A DNA stretch of 63,573 nt, filler included, from Octopus bimaculoides (lineage: Eukaryota), in the NCBI RefSeq assembly GCF_001194135.2. It is 5 parts of 5 records of this genome, joined end to end, with 100 filler letters (N's around TTAATTAATTAA, not from the genome) between each part and the next. Parts side by side here need not be neighbours in the genome. Positions count along the whole stretch, not along the records: positions 1 to 28,253 come from NC_068999.1; 4 more parts are not named here. One strand, given 5' to 3'. The translations under genes were made by a program, and so were the position numbers. This document shows, one piece after another, positions 1-12,547 of this stretch (its first letter is position 1; the number at the start of each line of letters is the position of its first letter). The notes under the pieces were generated by a model. That model saw only the letters and a list, made by a program, of their open reading frames with translations. It had not been told where the DNA came from and made no database searches.

Positions 1-662
1 TTTTGCTTTCGTTTACCACAATAAGTTTCGTGTCCAATGAAGGAGACGACGTTGGCATGGGTGCCAGTCGTCGAATTTAACTCGATTTCGATTTCACTTG
101 CCTCCAACAGGTCTTTGCAAGTGGAGTTTAGTGTCCAATGAAGGAAGGTACACATAAGTGGACTGGCTGAGGCCTTAGATTTAGGTCTCACTTGGCTTGC
201 TGGGTCTTCTCACGCACAGTATATTTCCAAAGGTCTCGGTCAGAAGTCATCGCCTTGGTGAGGCCTAATGTTCGAAGGTCGTGCCTCACCACCTCATCTC
301 AGGCCTACCTCTTCCACAGGTTCCCTCAACTGCTAAGGTGTGGCACTTTTTCACATAGCTATCCTCATCCATTCTCGCAACATGACCATACCAGCGCAAT
401 CGTCCCTCTTGCACACCACAACTGATGCTTTTTCTCTCAAGGTACTAATACTCTGTCTAGTATGCACACTGACATTACACATCCATCGGAGCATACTGGC
501 TTCATTCCTTGCAAGCCTACGCATGCCCTCAGCAGTCACAGCCCATGTTTCACTGCCATGAAGCATGGCTGTTCGTACACATACATCATACAGTCTGCCT
601 TTTACTCTGAGTGAGAGGTCCCTTGTCACCAGCAGAGGTAAGAGCTCTCTGAACTTTGCCCA
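1..662 (-). mobile_element. RTE-clade LINE, 3' part (post-RT coding region plus 3' UTR)
   Basis: ORF 351..629(-) reads LSLRVKGRLYDVCVRTAMLHGSETWAVT. It is near-identical to ORFs 19809..20273 and 22547..23719. Bases 1-190 match the 3' UTR of those copies. Confidence 0.9.
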
Positions 663-1049
663 NNNNNNNNNNNNNNNNNNNNNNNNNNNNNNNNNNNNNN
701 NNNNNNNNNNNNNNNNNNNNNNNNNNNNNNNNNNNNNNNNNNNNNNNNNNNNNNNNNNNNNNNNNNNNNNNNNNNNNNNNNNNNNNNNNNNNNNNNNNNN
801 NNNNNNNNNNNNNNNNNNNNNNNNNNNNNNNNNNNNNNNNNNNNNNNNNNNNNNNNNNNNNNAGTGTGGATATGGGATGAATAAGTGGGGTAGATATTAT
901 AAGGGGAGGGGGGAATCAAGAGGATGGATACATGTAAGAATAGGGGGGAGAAAGTTAAGGAAGAAGAAGAAGAAGATAGATAGATATTCTTTTCTACTCT
1001 AAGCACAAGACCTGAAATTTTGAGGGACGGAGCCTTTTTTTTCAGACAT

Positions 1050-2090
1050 ATGGTGATATAGTATCAAGTACAAAAAGGGGGGGGGGAATGAGCATTTTCA
1101 ACATCTGCTTCTTTTCTATTGCAACTGAGGCTCCAAAGCTGCCAAAACTGAGACATTTGTGCTCTTGCTGAAAGAACTGCACATAAATGGTTTTCACACT
1201 TCGAGGAGGAGAAATTTAACTTCACAGATTCCCCACAGTCCAGCTTCAGTTTAATGAGGATCGATTGAACTACCTTGCCAATCCACTAAGGAATTGACCT
1301 TACAGGTGGGAAGCTCTCCTAAAACTATTGCCAATCACCTTCACTTGACTGGTAAGGGTCAAAACTTGGTATATGAGTACCACATGCTCTGAACAAAAGA
1401 GACAAACTTCAGCACCACTCAATCAATGCCACTTTGCTTGTCCAACACCTGACTACTCATGGACATAGGGATTTTTTTACTACCTTATTACCAGCAATAA
1501 AAAAATGGTGTTTTTACATCAATATAAAACAGAGAAAAGAATGGTTGTGTCCCAACAAGCAAGCAACACCTTAAGCCAAGCCAAGCCAGAACTGCATCAA
1601 CACAAAACAATGATCAATGTTTGTGGGGATTGGAAAGGTCTAATCCACTAAGAAATGCTTGAAAACAACCACATAGACAAAGCAGAGCTTTACATGCAGC
1701 AAATGCACCAGCTCAACAAAATAATCCCATTGAAATGCCTTGATATGTGACATAGCATGCTTCATACAACAACACTTTCCCCTTTGTTACTAATTTAAGC
1801 AAAAATGTTATTCAAAACTGTGGTTGGAAAGTTCTACTGCACCCACTATATTCTCCTGATATAGCACCTTCAGATTATCACCTTTTTTGGTTGGTCTCCA
1901 ACAGTCTGCAGGATTTTTTGTTCAACAATAATGTGGACCTGAAAACACAACTCAATTATTTCTTTGAGTCAAGACCTGATGGTTTCTACCATCAACATAG
2001 TGACAAGCTACTGGAACATTGGCAAAAAATTGTGAACAATGAAGGAGAATATATTATTGACTGGTTTGTTAAAACTGAAGATGAAAATAA
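1050..2090 (+). mobile_element. Degenerate mariner-family transposase remnant
   Basis: Frame-shifted translation gives NEHFQHLLLFY, LAERTAHKWFSHFEEEKFNFTDS (HTH region), HPLYSPDIAPSDYHLF (mariner YSPDLAPxD motif) and the C-terminus FFESRPDGFYHQHSDKLLEHWQKIVNNEGEYII (ORF 1891..2097). Confidence 0.85.
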
Positions 2091-2169
2091 GGATTAATTT
2101 AAATGGGAAAAAAACAAAACAAACTTATCTGACTGTTTCAAAACCTCCAGCTTCTACACTAGATTATAA

Positions 2170-3310
2170 ATTAACAGTTATACCAAGAATAATAGGTATC
2201 ACTATGAACTTTTTTTTGGCAATTTTAAAAATATTTATGCAAAGCCTATTCTTTTGTCTAATAGCCCTGTCAACCACGATTCATATAGGAACTTCATAGT
2301 TGCCTTAGTGGTTGGTCTATTGCACCTGCATACCTCTGGCCACTTTGTACAGCTGTCTGCCATGATTAGATAGTAAGCGCCATTCACCAGTCCGGCATAG
2401 TCAATATGTAACCTAGACCATGGGTTCTCAGTCTCTGGTCACAACTGATATTTTACTGGCAGAGCTTTGACTGTGAGGGTACAACCTCAACAAGTTCTCA
2501 CCAAATTTTTGGTATCCCAGTCCATAATCAGCCAATAAATGTAGCTCCTCATCAGAGCTTTCATCCTTGACATTACTGGGTGTAATATGTTTTTGTAATA
2601 TAGTCAGTACTACAACTCTTTGCGCATACATCAGAATCTCATTGCATATTGAGAAACTAGTGGAATTTGTATTTTTATTCCACTTATTTTTTAAAGCTTC
2701 TTTCATTTTTGTAATATACTTATCGCCTACAGATTTCATTCTTATATCCTATGCAGTCACTGGCAGTTCTTGGATAACACTGGTCATAATACTTTTTATT
2801 TCATTTTCTGCCTGCAGTGCAGCTATCATGGTATTTTAGGGAATTATTCTTGATAAACAGTTCGCATGACCAATTTCTTCTAATGGAATATACTGCATTT
2901 TGAAATTGTTATTTAGTAATATTATACCCCAATGTTGTAGTTGATTTGCTGCATGGGTAGGTAACCCTTTCTTTGACTCATAAATTGATAGCAATAGTTG
3001 ATGATCTGCTAGTAGTAGAAAACTTCTACCATGTAGAAACCTGTGAAATTTTTTACAGCAAAGATAATTGATAGGGCTTCTTTTCCTATCTGACTGTATT
3101 TTTTCTCTGCTGCTATCAGTGCATGTGAAACATGAATCACTGGTTTCGTACTTCTATCTTTATGCTTGTGTAGCAAAACTGCTCTTATTCCATACTCCAA
3201 AGCATCAGATGTTAAAACAATGTCCATTTCAGGATCAAAATGCGCTAGAAACAAATCTGCAATTAGAATTTTTTTATTTCTTCAAATGCATTTTAGCATC
3301 TATGTAAAAA
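2170..3310 (-). mobile_element. Ty3/Gypsy LTR retrotransposon pol remnant (RNase H and integrase)
   Basis: ORF 3009..3254(-) reads LAHFDPEMDIVLTSDALEYGIRAVLLH...EKKYSQIGKEALSIIFAVK, the Gypsy RNase H signature. Near 2300-2380 the minus strand reads ADSCTKWPEVCRCNRPTTKATMKFL, an integrase-core-like segment. No LTRs were recognised. Confidence 0.85.
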
Positions 3311-3354
3311 GACTGAAGCCTGTTTTTAAGTAAGTGAAAAAGCTGTATTTAAAT

Positions 3355-5400
3355 CTAGCAGAGGTTGTCGTACTCTTGCCACAACAGAAAGTATAGTCTG
3401 TTTACATCTCCACTGATGTTGAAGTTTGCAATAACACTGAGCAGCAGGCAAATTCGAACATCTAGTTCAATGAGTTCTTCCAGTGACCAGTTCAGAAGGC
3501 CAAATATAGGTGCGAGGACAGGCACATTCTCATTTTGTTGAAGATACATATAATTGTCACTTGACTGTAGAGGTTGTATCATCAAGCCATTCATTCTTAG
3601 GTTTTCAGAGAAGGACACAACTTTAACATGTTTTATTGTCAGAAATGCACATTTGGACTCTCTGAATTTCATTCCAATGTTTGTGGAAAATTGGATTATG
3701 AGATCCAGTTGTTTTTTATGTGCCTGATATTTGGCCCGTACAGTTTCAGGTTGTCAACAAAAAGATGGGAGGTACTTCTGTATCCATTTCTATGGTTGCT
3801 ATGTTTCATGAGCATGTATGATAGTGGATATAATGAGAAGATGAATGTTATTCAACTCAATTTGATCCTTATCATTCTTAAGGAGTAAAGTAGTGTACCA
3901 AGTCTTGATCAGGCATTCAATAGTACTCACTAATGATTGTGGGACTTTAGCTAACTGTAAAGCCATGATAATCCACCCATGTTAATCAAAGCCTTCTGGT
4001 AATCCAGCCACACTAAGTTAAGTTCCTATGATTTTTTACTGTATTTTTCCTGGACCGTTTTGTTAATTAGTAGCAGTAGTATATAGACCCACACCTCTTT
4101 CTTTCCTCCAACTTGCTCAGGTATTATAATGTTGTTGGTGGCACAATGATCTTGCAAAAACAGATTAATGTACCTTGTGTATAATTTGTACATGTTGTTC
4201 TGACAGGCTATTGGGAGGTAATTTTTAGTAAGAGTGGTTTGGCTATTTTGGGGGAATGAGGAGAGCAGTTGCAGTTGATAACTAGTGGGGCAGTTCTTGT
4301 CTGCCCTTGATACTTTTTCCAAACAACCATATGAGATCTCACTGATAAAAGGTGAAATTCTTCAACCAGCAAAATGTTATAAGGTCTGGGCCTGGGGATT
4401 TCCTGTTTGACATTTTCTATAGAATTGTTTCCAGTATTTCACCATCTATTTCATATTGCTTTTGCCTGCATGTCCAGACGTGCAGGTAGTAGTCCTGTTC
4501 CAATTCTTTTAGTCATACAGCTTGTTTGTTGAATTCATCATTTGTTTCCCTGTATAGATCTCTGGTAGACCAAAACCTGATCTGCTGTTGGGGTGTCTTT
4601 CACAGAGATTGAACCTTTCACATTGAAGCTGTGATAAACTGATTTTGGATCTCTGGCAAATAATCTATTGGGCATTTGCTATTTATATGTTGTATATTTA
4701 CATTTTAGTTTTCCAGCTGTAGCTGTGAGTTATTTCAGCTGGTGCTGATTGAAGTTTAGGTTTTTGAATCATGTATCACTAAATTGCCTCTCTTTTTCTG
4801 AGGTCTTCCTGATGTCATGTAAAGTTGTTCTCTGTGTTACATTTCATAACTATAACAATCTGTGAGACACTTTTGCATAGGAATAAAATTTTATTTTTTA
4901 AGTTACATGCCTATGCTGATTCAGGCTTTCAGCTTGAATCTCAAGTAAAAGCTAATTGCAATACTCTAGTACAGCTGAAACATAGATCAGAAGATTAATG
5001 GTTTATACCTCCAGATTGTGTGGTCTTCAGATATTGGTTTGCAATTTCATTTACTGCCTCTAATTCTAATTCATCGGGTTCTTTACTTATACTGGTGTTG
5101 TTTGGCCTGTCATTCAAATTAAAGTTGTGGACTTGTTGAAAATATCATCCCAGATCAATTGTAAGGCATCCACAAGTTTTTGGTGTTCTGTTTGTACAAT
5201 ATAAATATGGATTTCAGCTAAATTGTTAGCATGTTTATTGTTAGACTTAGCTGACCATTCCATCTGCCAATCAGTGGAAGTGGGATGGTTATTTTCAATG
5301 ACTGGCTTTATAATAGTGTCAGCATGCTTTAAATTTGACATTTCCAACTAATGATACATTTTGCTTAATTATTTAAATGTTTTGGGGAAAATCTAATTCT
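3355..5400 (-). mobile_element. Degenerate Dong/R4-like (RLE-type) non-LTR retrotransposon, RT fragment
   Basis: The minus strand reads KSPGPDLITFCWLK (about 4360-4400). ORF 4026..4322 reads NYLPIACQNNMYKLYT...NNIIIPEQVGGKKEVW...LLLINKT, matching the RT entry motif NYRPIxC...EQxG. Many stops and frameshifts are present. Confidence 0.75.
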
Positions 5401-5949
5401 GGCTGTTTGGAGTTTCACAAAATTTTTAGTCTTTGCATAAAACCAAACCTTTGGAGGTATATATGCTTTATATAAATCTTTGTTAAGATTGTAGGTCCAT
5501 TGTATACAGTGATTGTAGTCATGATGGTTGAAGAAGTCTTATACATTTAGCCATGATGATTTTGTCTCTTCAGTGATATTAGTATATGTTTTTCAAAATA
5601 GATAATGATCTTTAGAAGTTTCAACAAAATTTTGTCAGAATTAAATTTGAAGTTGTTCACAACTAGGTTAATCTTTCCTTTCAGGTTGTTTTTAATTCTA
5701 CAACTATTTAAGCATACATATTGAGTGGTGATTGTCTTTCTCATGAATTGTTTTGAAATGCTACTTGATTTATTTCTTTATGTGTATAACATTATAGCAC
5801 TGCGTGTGTGCGTGTTATTACACAGCTTTATTTCAAGATAGAATTTCAACAACATCAACAGGGTATTTTTTGCACGTATGTTTGTTTTGTTTTGTTTATA
5901 GTTTCAGCTTAGAGCTGTGGCCATGCTGGTGTATATATGTGCAGTATTT

Positions 5950-8420
5950 GAAGTCAGTGCAGATTTGTATGTTTTGTTTTATGTATGTATTCTTATACAT
6001 ATAGTTGCATGTTTAGACATGTAGATATATACTTAAATTTCTGGAAAGTTTTACAGATTTTTACAGTTCTAGGATGGCATGGATCTGTAGTCTTCAAATC
6101 AGCTTTCTCCTTTCTGGTTTTGACAAGATTGGTACTTAGGCAGTGTGTAACATGTCTCAGTGCACCAATAATTACAGGTATAAACCTGAATTTGTAATCT
6201 GGGTAGAGTAACTGTAGATTTTTCAATAGTTTAGTGTAGGTATTTTCTTTTTCGCTGATATTTAATCTTATGTTAACATCTGCTGGGCAACTGATTTCAA
6301 CTATTGTTCAGTTTCTCTGCTCTGTCCCAAATCACTATGTCAGGCCTATTATGTTTACATTTTATTGTGGTTTTCACTGGGACATTCCATCAGTGCTCCT
6401 TCTTATTATGAGTGACTATGGCTTCTACCATGCTGTGGGTTCTTATTTCTTTGACCCCAGGGTTACCCTTCCAACAGTTCTCATTATATAGTGTCTTAGC
6501 TACAACTTCATGTCTCATTGGAAAATAATACCATGATGACATTTTCAGACAACTGCTTATGAGGTGGGTGATATCTTTGGTATTAACTCCACAAAGTCTG
6601 CATCAGTTATCACATTTTGCTGCTTTTCTTGTGTCTCTGTCCATTTTGTGCATCAGGTATTTGGTTGGTATTTCCTGCTCCTGGATTGCATATGCATACC
6701 CTTCAAAGTAGGAGTTAGTAATCTGGTTGTTGATCCGTGATAGATTGCGCTGATTATCAATGTTACTATCATCCCAGAGCTATCTGCTAACATATCCGTG
6801 CATGGTCTTCTACTGATATATACCCATTCTTTCATCTAATGATACATTGCAGTAGAGTCATGTGACTTCTTTGGACATATATTTAAAGTTATCAGACAAG
6901 AAATGCTGCTCAAAGAACTGCTTTCCAAGTATCATGATGTTATCAAACCTCTTGTATGCAAAATTGGTTAAAGGATGCACTTCAACACTTGGTGGTTAAA
7001 AGATGTTGTTGAAGAGATATGATATGACATTCAAAGGCAGTCTGGATTGATGTTAAGCTGCTGCCACCTTGTTTCATTTTAGGTTGATGTGGAAATTATG
7101 TGTGCTGGTCAGTATCTTCCAGGTTTTCAAGTCAATGGCTTCGATCTCATCAAGTGTCCAATCAAGTAGCCCAAATGTTAACATGAGTACTGGCATTGTA
7201 AACACATTGTGGGCCTCTGTTTTATTGAATGCAGAGATCTTTGGAATCCATATTTTCTTTATTCAGCTGTAATAATTTTTAGTGACACATGTCTTATTAT
7301 AGATGCCATTGTAAGATATGTTTTAATCCACTCCTACGTACCTATAACATTCCTCATCAGATATAGGAGAAACAGTTAAGTCATTGACAGAAATGCTGCT
7401 AGTCTGGTTTACAGTTTTCCCTCTTTTCACAACCATATCATAACATTTATCCCAATAGTATATCCTTTGAGAATGTTGTACATCAAGGCTCCTTTCTTCT
7501 TAAGCATATTCTTGGTATACAGTTTCAAGTCATCCACAAAAAAACTGTGTAATTTTGGTATTTCTGTTTCTTTATGAACCAGTGAGATAACTTTCAGACT
7601 TCCTTAACATTTAACTTCAAGATGGTGGCCCACAATGAAGTCAGGTCAGCTATGGCTTTGACTATACTTACTGGAACTTTAAGCAAGTTGAAGGGCTTCT
7701 TGAATGAATGAGTTGGGAACAGAATCAAAGACTTTCTTGTAGTCCAGCCACATTGAAACTAGGTTCTGCCTATGCTCTTTCACCTCTGACATTCCAGTTT
7801 TGTTTATTAACAATTGCTTGGTACATCTCCAGACTTCCTTCTTCCCAGCTGCTTGTTCTGCTGTGATGATGTTATTACTTTCATAATGGTCTTAGAGAAA
7901 GAGGTTTAAACATGCTGTATATATTTTATAGTTTTTTGCCATGTGGTTGGTTCTGCTTTTGGGGATCAGTTTTTTCTCTGCCAGAGCTAACTAGCAAGGT
8001 ATGCTACTATGCCCATTGAGAGCTTGCTGGTACACGTTGATAATATATGATTAGTAGAAGTTTAGCTTCTTATACCAATATCCAACAATCAAGTCTCTTC
8101 CAGGTACTTTTCCATTCTGAAGTTTCTGGAATACAATCACAAGGGTATCAGCACCAATGCTGTATGTCTTGGGTGTAATGCAGGAACAATAACTTCTTCA
8201 AATTTCTTCTAGCCACAGAGCGTCTTGGTTAAACTCCATGTCTTTGCTCCAAATTTTCCTCCAGAAAGAGTCTATGTCTTCTTGTGAAGGAGCTTCTATG
8301 ATGTTAACTGCTTTTCCTCTCATGTCTCTGTAGACTGCTGCTTGGTTCTGATTAAATATTTTGTTTATTATTTTTCTTTAGATTATTCTCTTCTGATGTT
8401 TGAGTTTTTCACTGACTGCT
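5950..8420 (-). mobile_element. Degenerate Dong/R4-like LINE: RT, CCHC region and RLE endonuclease
   Basis: The minus strand reads NLVSMWLDYKKVFDSVPNSFIQEALQLA (about 7690-7770) and IVEISCPADVN (about 6270-6310). ORF 5993..6226 reads LYPDYKFRFIPVIIGAL...GTVKICKTF-like, the RLE C-terminus. Confidence 0.8.
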
Positions 8421-8519
8421 TTTAGCTTGTGCTTGAGGGTGATCAGTTTGCATAAAGTTCTATGCCTTGGAACTTTATGTTAAATACAAATTTAGTCTGT
8501 GGCCCTAAGTAGGCTTATC

Positions 8520-9133
8520 CCAAAGGAACATCCAGTTATATATACCTTTTCTCTTTTACCTGTTTCAGTCATTGAACTGTGGCCTTGCTGGGACACCACC
8601 TTGAAGGGTTTAGTCAAACAAATTGATATCAATACTTAATCTTTTTAAACCTGATACATATTCTATCAGTCTCTTTTGCCAAACTACTAAGTTATGAGGA
8701 CATAAACAAACCAACGCTAGTGATAGACCAACTCATACACACACGCGCGCATGCACACACGTGTACAATGACACTGGCACTTTGTTAGTTAAGAAGAAGA
8801 GGGTTCTACTGGATCCAAATTACAAGTACAATTCATTTTTGTCAGCTGAGTGAACTGGAGCAACAAGTTTCTTGCTCAACAACACAATGCGCTCCTGAGA
8901 ATCGAATTTATAACCTTACACTTCAACCTCTAAACCATGTGCCTTCGCACACACACACACACAAACACACACACGTAAGTTTCTTTCAGGTTTGATCTAC
9001 TATATCCACTCACAAAGCTTTGGTTGGCCCGAGATTATAATACAAAACACTTGCCCAAGGTGAAAGGCAGTGGGGCTGAACCCAGAACCACATGATTAGG
9101 AAGCACACTTTTTATGACACAGCCACTCATGTG

Positions 9134-9135
<2 letters not shown>
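8520..9135 (-). mobile_element. tRNA-derived SINE (family A) interrupted by a fragment of a second SINE family (about 8770-8950)
   Basis: 8545-8730 and 8975-9130 match the tail and head of the SINE at 22086-22495. The middle piece (cagctgagtgaactggagcaac) matches 29805-29900 and 30460-30590. Confidence 0.75.
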
Positions 9136-9166
<31 letters not shown>

Positions 9167-9189
9167 TGATTATCATGAGTGGTCATTCT

Positions 9190-9450
9190 AACAGTTAACC
9201 ACATCACTTGGTGCCACGCCATCAGCGATGTTGCTTCCTCCATTGAGATCTCTTCCACCACCTCCCTTGACAATGAATGTCAGAGGTGAAAAAATAATGC
9301 AGCTGCATCATCAGACCTTGAACAACTATACCCCTGTCATCACTGCAATCAGATATGTCGATCCCACATTGGCCTTATCAACCATGAATAAGTGTGCAGA
9401 AAATGTAGACAACAGCCTTCCTCATCTTTGTCAGCGAAGCAGTGCCAAGA
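9190..9450 (+). mobile_element. 3' end of an RTE-like LINE with a terminal C2H2 finger
   Basis: Translation gives YPCHHCNQICRSHIGLINH, resembling the CxxC...RIGLxSHxxxH tail of RTE-BovB/RTE-X-like LINEs. It is a different family from the RTE at 18796. Confidence 0.6.
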
Positions 9451-9889
9451 AATATATATATATTTATATATATCAGGTCATCCCATCAGTTCTGTCCGAT
9501 TTTACCTTTTTTAAAATTGAATGAAATTTAATAGTATTTTAGAATGTCTAATGGAATTAAAAATTATTTTTATGCATTTGTGTACATTTAAACTAATTAA
9601 ATAGTATTTTACAGAATAATAGAATTAATTTAAAATTTTTGTTTTCAATGTACATGGAAAAATACGGAGATTAAGAACATGGAAAAAAAAATTTTTAATT
9701 TCCAATTTTCTATGAAACACTCCAAACTGACTGAAGCTGTCAATGTCGATATGCTAAAAATAACAGCCAAATACCAGGAGAATTTTTGTGTTTGTGTGTG
9801 CACATGCAACAATGATTTATACAAATAAACAGAGAAAGTACAGAAATATGTTTTACATACTTGTCATATACGTCAGTTTTGTTTTTCGC

Positions 9890-11390
9890 ATCCTTTAAGT
9901 TTTTGAGGATGATGGAAAAGCTATTCAAGGCACCCTCTAAAGTCATGAGATTTTTGGGATGGGGCTAATGCAGATTCGCACCTCCCCTTCGTGAATGCAT
10001 TTTTCTGAAAAAATTTATTCCAACATGTAAAACCTAAGAATCCAAATAAACTTTTTCAGAAAAATGCAATTTTCTAGGGGAGGTGTGAATCTGCATTAGC
10101 CCTCACCCCCACCCTTGGAATTGTGCTTATTTAGTTGAAAAATGCGGCTGATCTGAGAGGGGGATGTATAATTGGGTTAACTTTTGAAAAAATTTCTTGT
10201 GGAGTATAAGAGGTTTATTTTTCTCTGAGGAGATAAATAAATATGTGGCCAGGTATTGAGGCAAATATTTTGACCAAATATCTGGCCTTCTTATCCACTC
10301 TTTTATATCCCTCCACAAAGTTCAATTTTTTGTGTGTGTATGTGTGTGTGTTTGATCTATAAAATTTTCAGAATGGTTTACCACATAATGGTGGTACTTA
10401 ACTGCTTAGATCATTGTAGGTAGCCCAAGAATCACTGTAAATAATGAGGCAGGTTTGATATATTCCTGGATCAGAGGAATCAGTGTCACTTTGTCATGCT
10501 TCTTATTAATAAGAGGCACAACAGAACGACACTTACTGGTTCGCTCTGTTCCACCAAACAACCAAACTTGGCTCAGAATTTGACCCTTCCCGTATTTCCG
10601 GCAGACAATTACAGTCTCGTCAATTTTGACCTCAATTAACTCACTGCCTAATGGTTCCTCTGTGACTTCAGAATAAAAAGATCTCCAGTCCACAGTATTT
10701 GTTGAACATAATTCCAGGTTTTCCATCACTGTGATATGGCTCCATGAATGATGAATAAATTCGTTAATGAAGGAACGATTTTCCACAGAGGAATGTGTGC
10801 ATGATGAAGAAAGGACCCATGAAAGTCCGATACAGAATAGCCACACTGATGTTGTTTTTCGATTTGGCAACAGTGTAACTTTTTCTGCATTGCCAGACAT
10901 GTTGGTCTTCTCTGTACACACATTCATTCCAACATCGTGAACATATCACAGTAGTGGGCAGGACACCATGGTTTCAAAAGAATTCAATAGCTTTTCTGTC
11001 ATCCTCAAAAAATTCAGATACAAGCATATTTATATGCACAGATGGGACAAGACATCATCATATTTAAGAGACAGCTCAGCAAATGCTGCTTTCTTATGCT
11101 TCTGATCTCTCTCTCTCTTTGCTTCTGATCTCTCTCTCTCTCTTTGCTTCTGATCTCTCTCTCTCTCCGGTTTCCCACCCTGCTTTTTTTTTTCGAACAA
11201 AATAAGGGGTCTGCAGCATATTAGGAGGTCAGGGAACTTGATTCCATGCAAAAAATCTAAGTTTTTTTTTTTAGTGAAAATTGTGTGGTGTACTTCCCAA
11301 TGGGTGTGGGGGTGAAATTTCCGAGGCTTTCACCCCACCCTGTTTTCTGGACCCAAAAAAGGATTTTGTGACATATTAGGTCACCAGAAT
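9890..11390 (-). mobile_element. Merlin (IS1595/ISXO2-like) DNA transposon remnant, copy 1
   Basis: ORF 10406..10927(-) reads LIEVKIDETVIVCRKYGKGQILSQVWLFGGTERTSK...TLIPLIQEYIKP. ORF 10127..10318 reads WRDIKEWIRRP...LPQYLATYLF. An N-terminal CxxC appears as VICSRCWNEC. Frameshifted; TIRs not confidently located. Confidence 0.8.
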
Positions 11391-11643
11391 TCATTCAATG
11401 GNNNNNNNNNNNNNNNNNNNNNNNNNNNNNNNNNNNNNNNNNNNNNNNNNNNNNNNNNNNNNNNNNNNNNNNNNNNNNNNNNNNNNNNNNNNNNNNNNNN
11501 NNNNNNNNNNNNNNNNNNNNNNNNNNNNNNNNNNNNNNNNNNNNNNNNNNNNNNNNNNNNNNNNNNNNNNNNNNNNNNNNNNNNNNNNNNNNNNNNNNNN
11601 NNNNNNNNNNNNNNNNNNNNNNNNNNNNNNNNNNNNNNNNNNN

Positions 11644-11960
11644 TTATTCTTTGTAAGCCTAGTACTTATTCTATCGGTCTCTTTTGCCGAACCGCTAAGT
11701 GACGGGGACATAAACACACCAGCATCGGTTGTCAAGCAATGCTAGGGGGACAAACACAGACACACAAACACATACACACACACATATATATATACATATA
11801 TACGACGGGCTTCTTTCAGTTTCCGTCTACCAAATCCACTCACAAGGCTTTGGTCGGCCCAAGGCTATATTAGAAGACACTTGCCCAAGATGCCACGCAG
11901 TGGGACTGAACCCAGAACTATGTGGTTGGTAAGCAAGCTACTTACCACACAGCCACTCCT
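11644..11960 (-). mobile_element. tRNA-derived SINE, family A
   Basis: The minus strand head reads aggagTGGCTGTGTGGTAAG (A-box-like)...GGTTCAGTCCC (B-box-like). It has a central (TG/TA)n tract and matches 22086-22495. Confidence 0.85.
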
Positions 11961-12547
11961 GATGATTTGTATTTTTATACGTTTGGGCGAGGGCTTTGCA
12001 GGTTGACTGGAGATAAGACAGAGTAGGTAAATAGAATTAGAGTAATAAATGAATAAATTAAATAGAGATGATAGAGGAAATTTAAATACAAACAAGAGCA
12101 CACAGCGAGTGCAAACCTCTGCCAAGGCAACACCAACATCTTCTCAACAATTAGCCAAAGATGATTTTAAAATGAGAATATCTTATCTTAATATATAAAG
12201 CTGAAGTTGTGTGTCTGTGTGAAGCCTTTTTAAAAGTTTATACAAGTCCACATTTTCCAGTTTATCATAAAAATGTTTACATCAATGGAATTTTCTCGAT
12301 GTGAACTTTCCAGTGCAGTAATTAGATTTTTTAAAATTCTGTTTACTTTGTGTGATTTAAGGGAGATTTAGCTGTTATTTCTAGCAACTTTTATATTTCT
12401 TCCCTTCTACCTGTAACGGCGTTCTTATACACATATGTCACATGTTCTCTATTCCTTTTCCCCCTCTTCCTCTCTCACTCTCTCAAGTGCATACACGTGC
12501 AAGTACACACAATCATTCAATAAAATATAACTCATGTTTGTCAATGT

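Noticed and set aside
9474-9740. Possible mariner-like 5' terminus (caggtcatcccatcagttctgtccg)
   Set aside because: No matching inverted end or transposase was found nearby, so it is too weak to call.
11098-11167. Short direct repeats resembling a CRISPR array, also 41513-41588
   Set aside because: They are head-to-tail minisatellites without unique spacers, and no cas genes are present.
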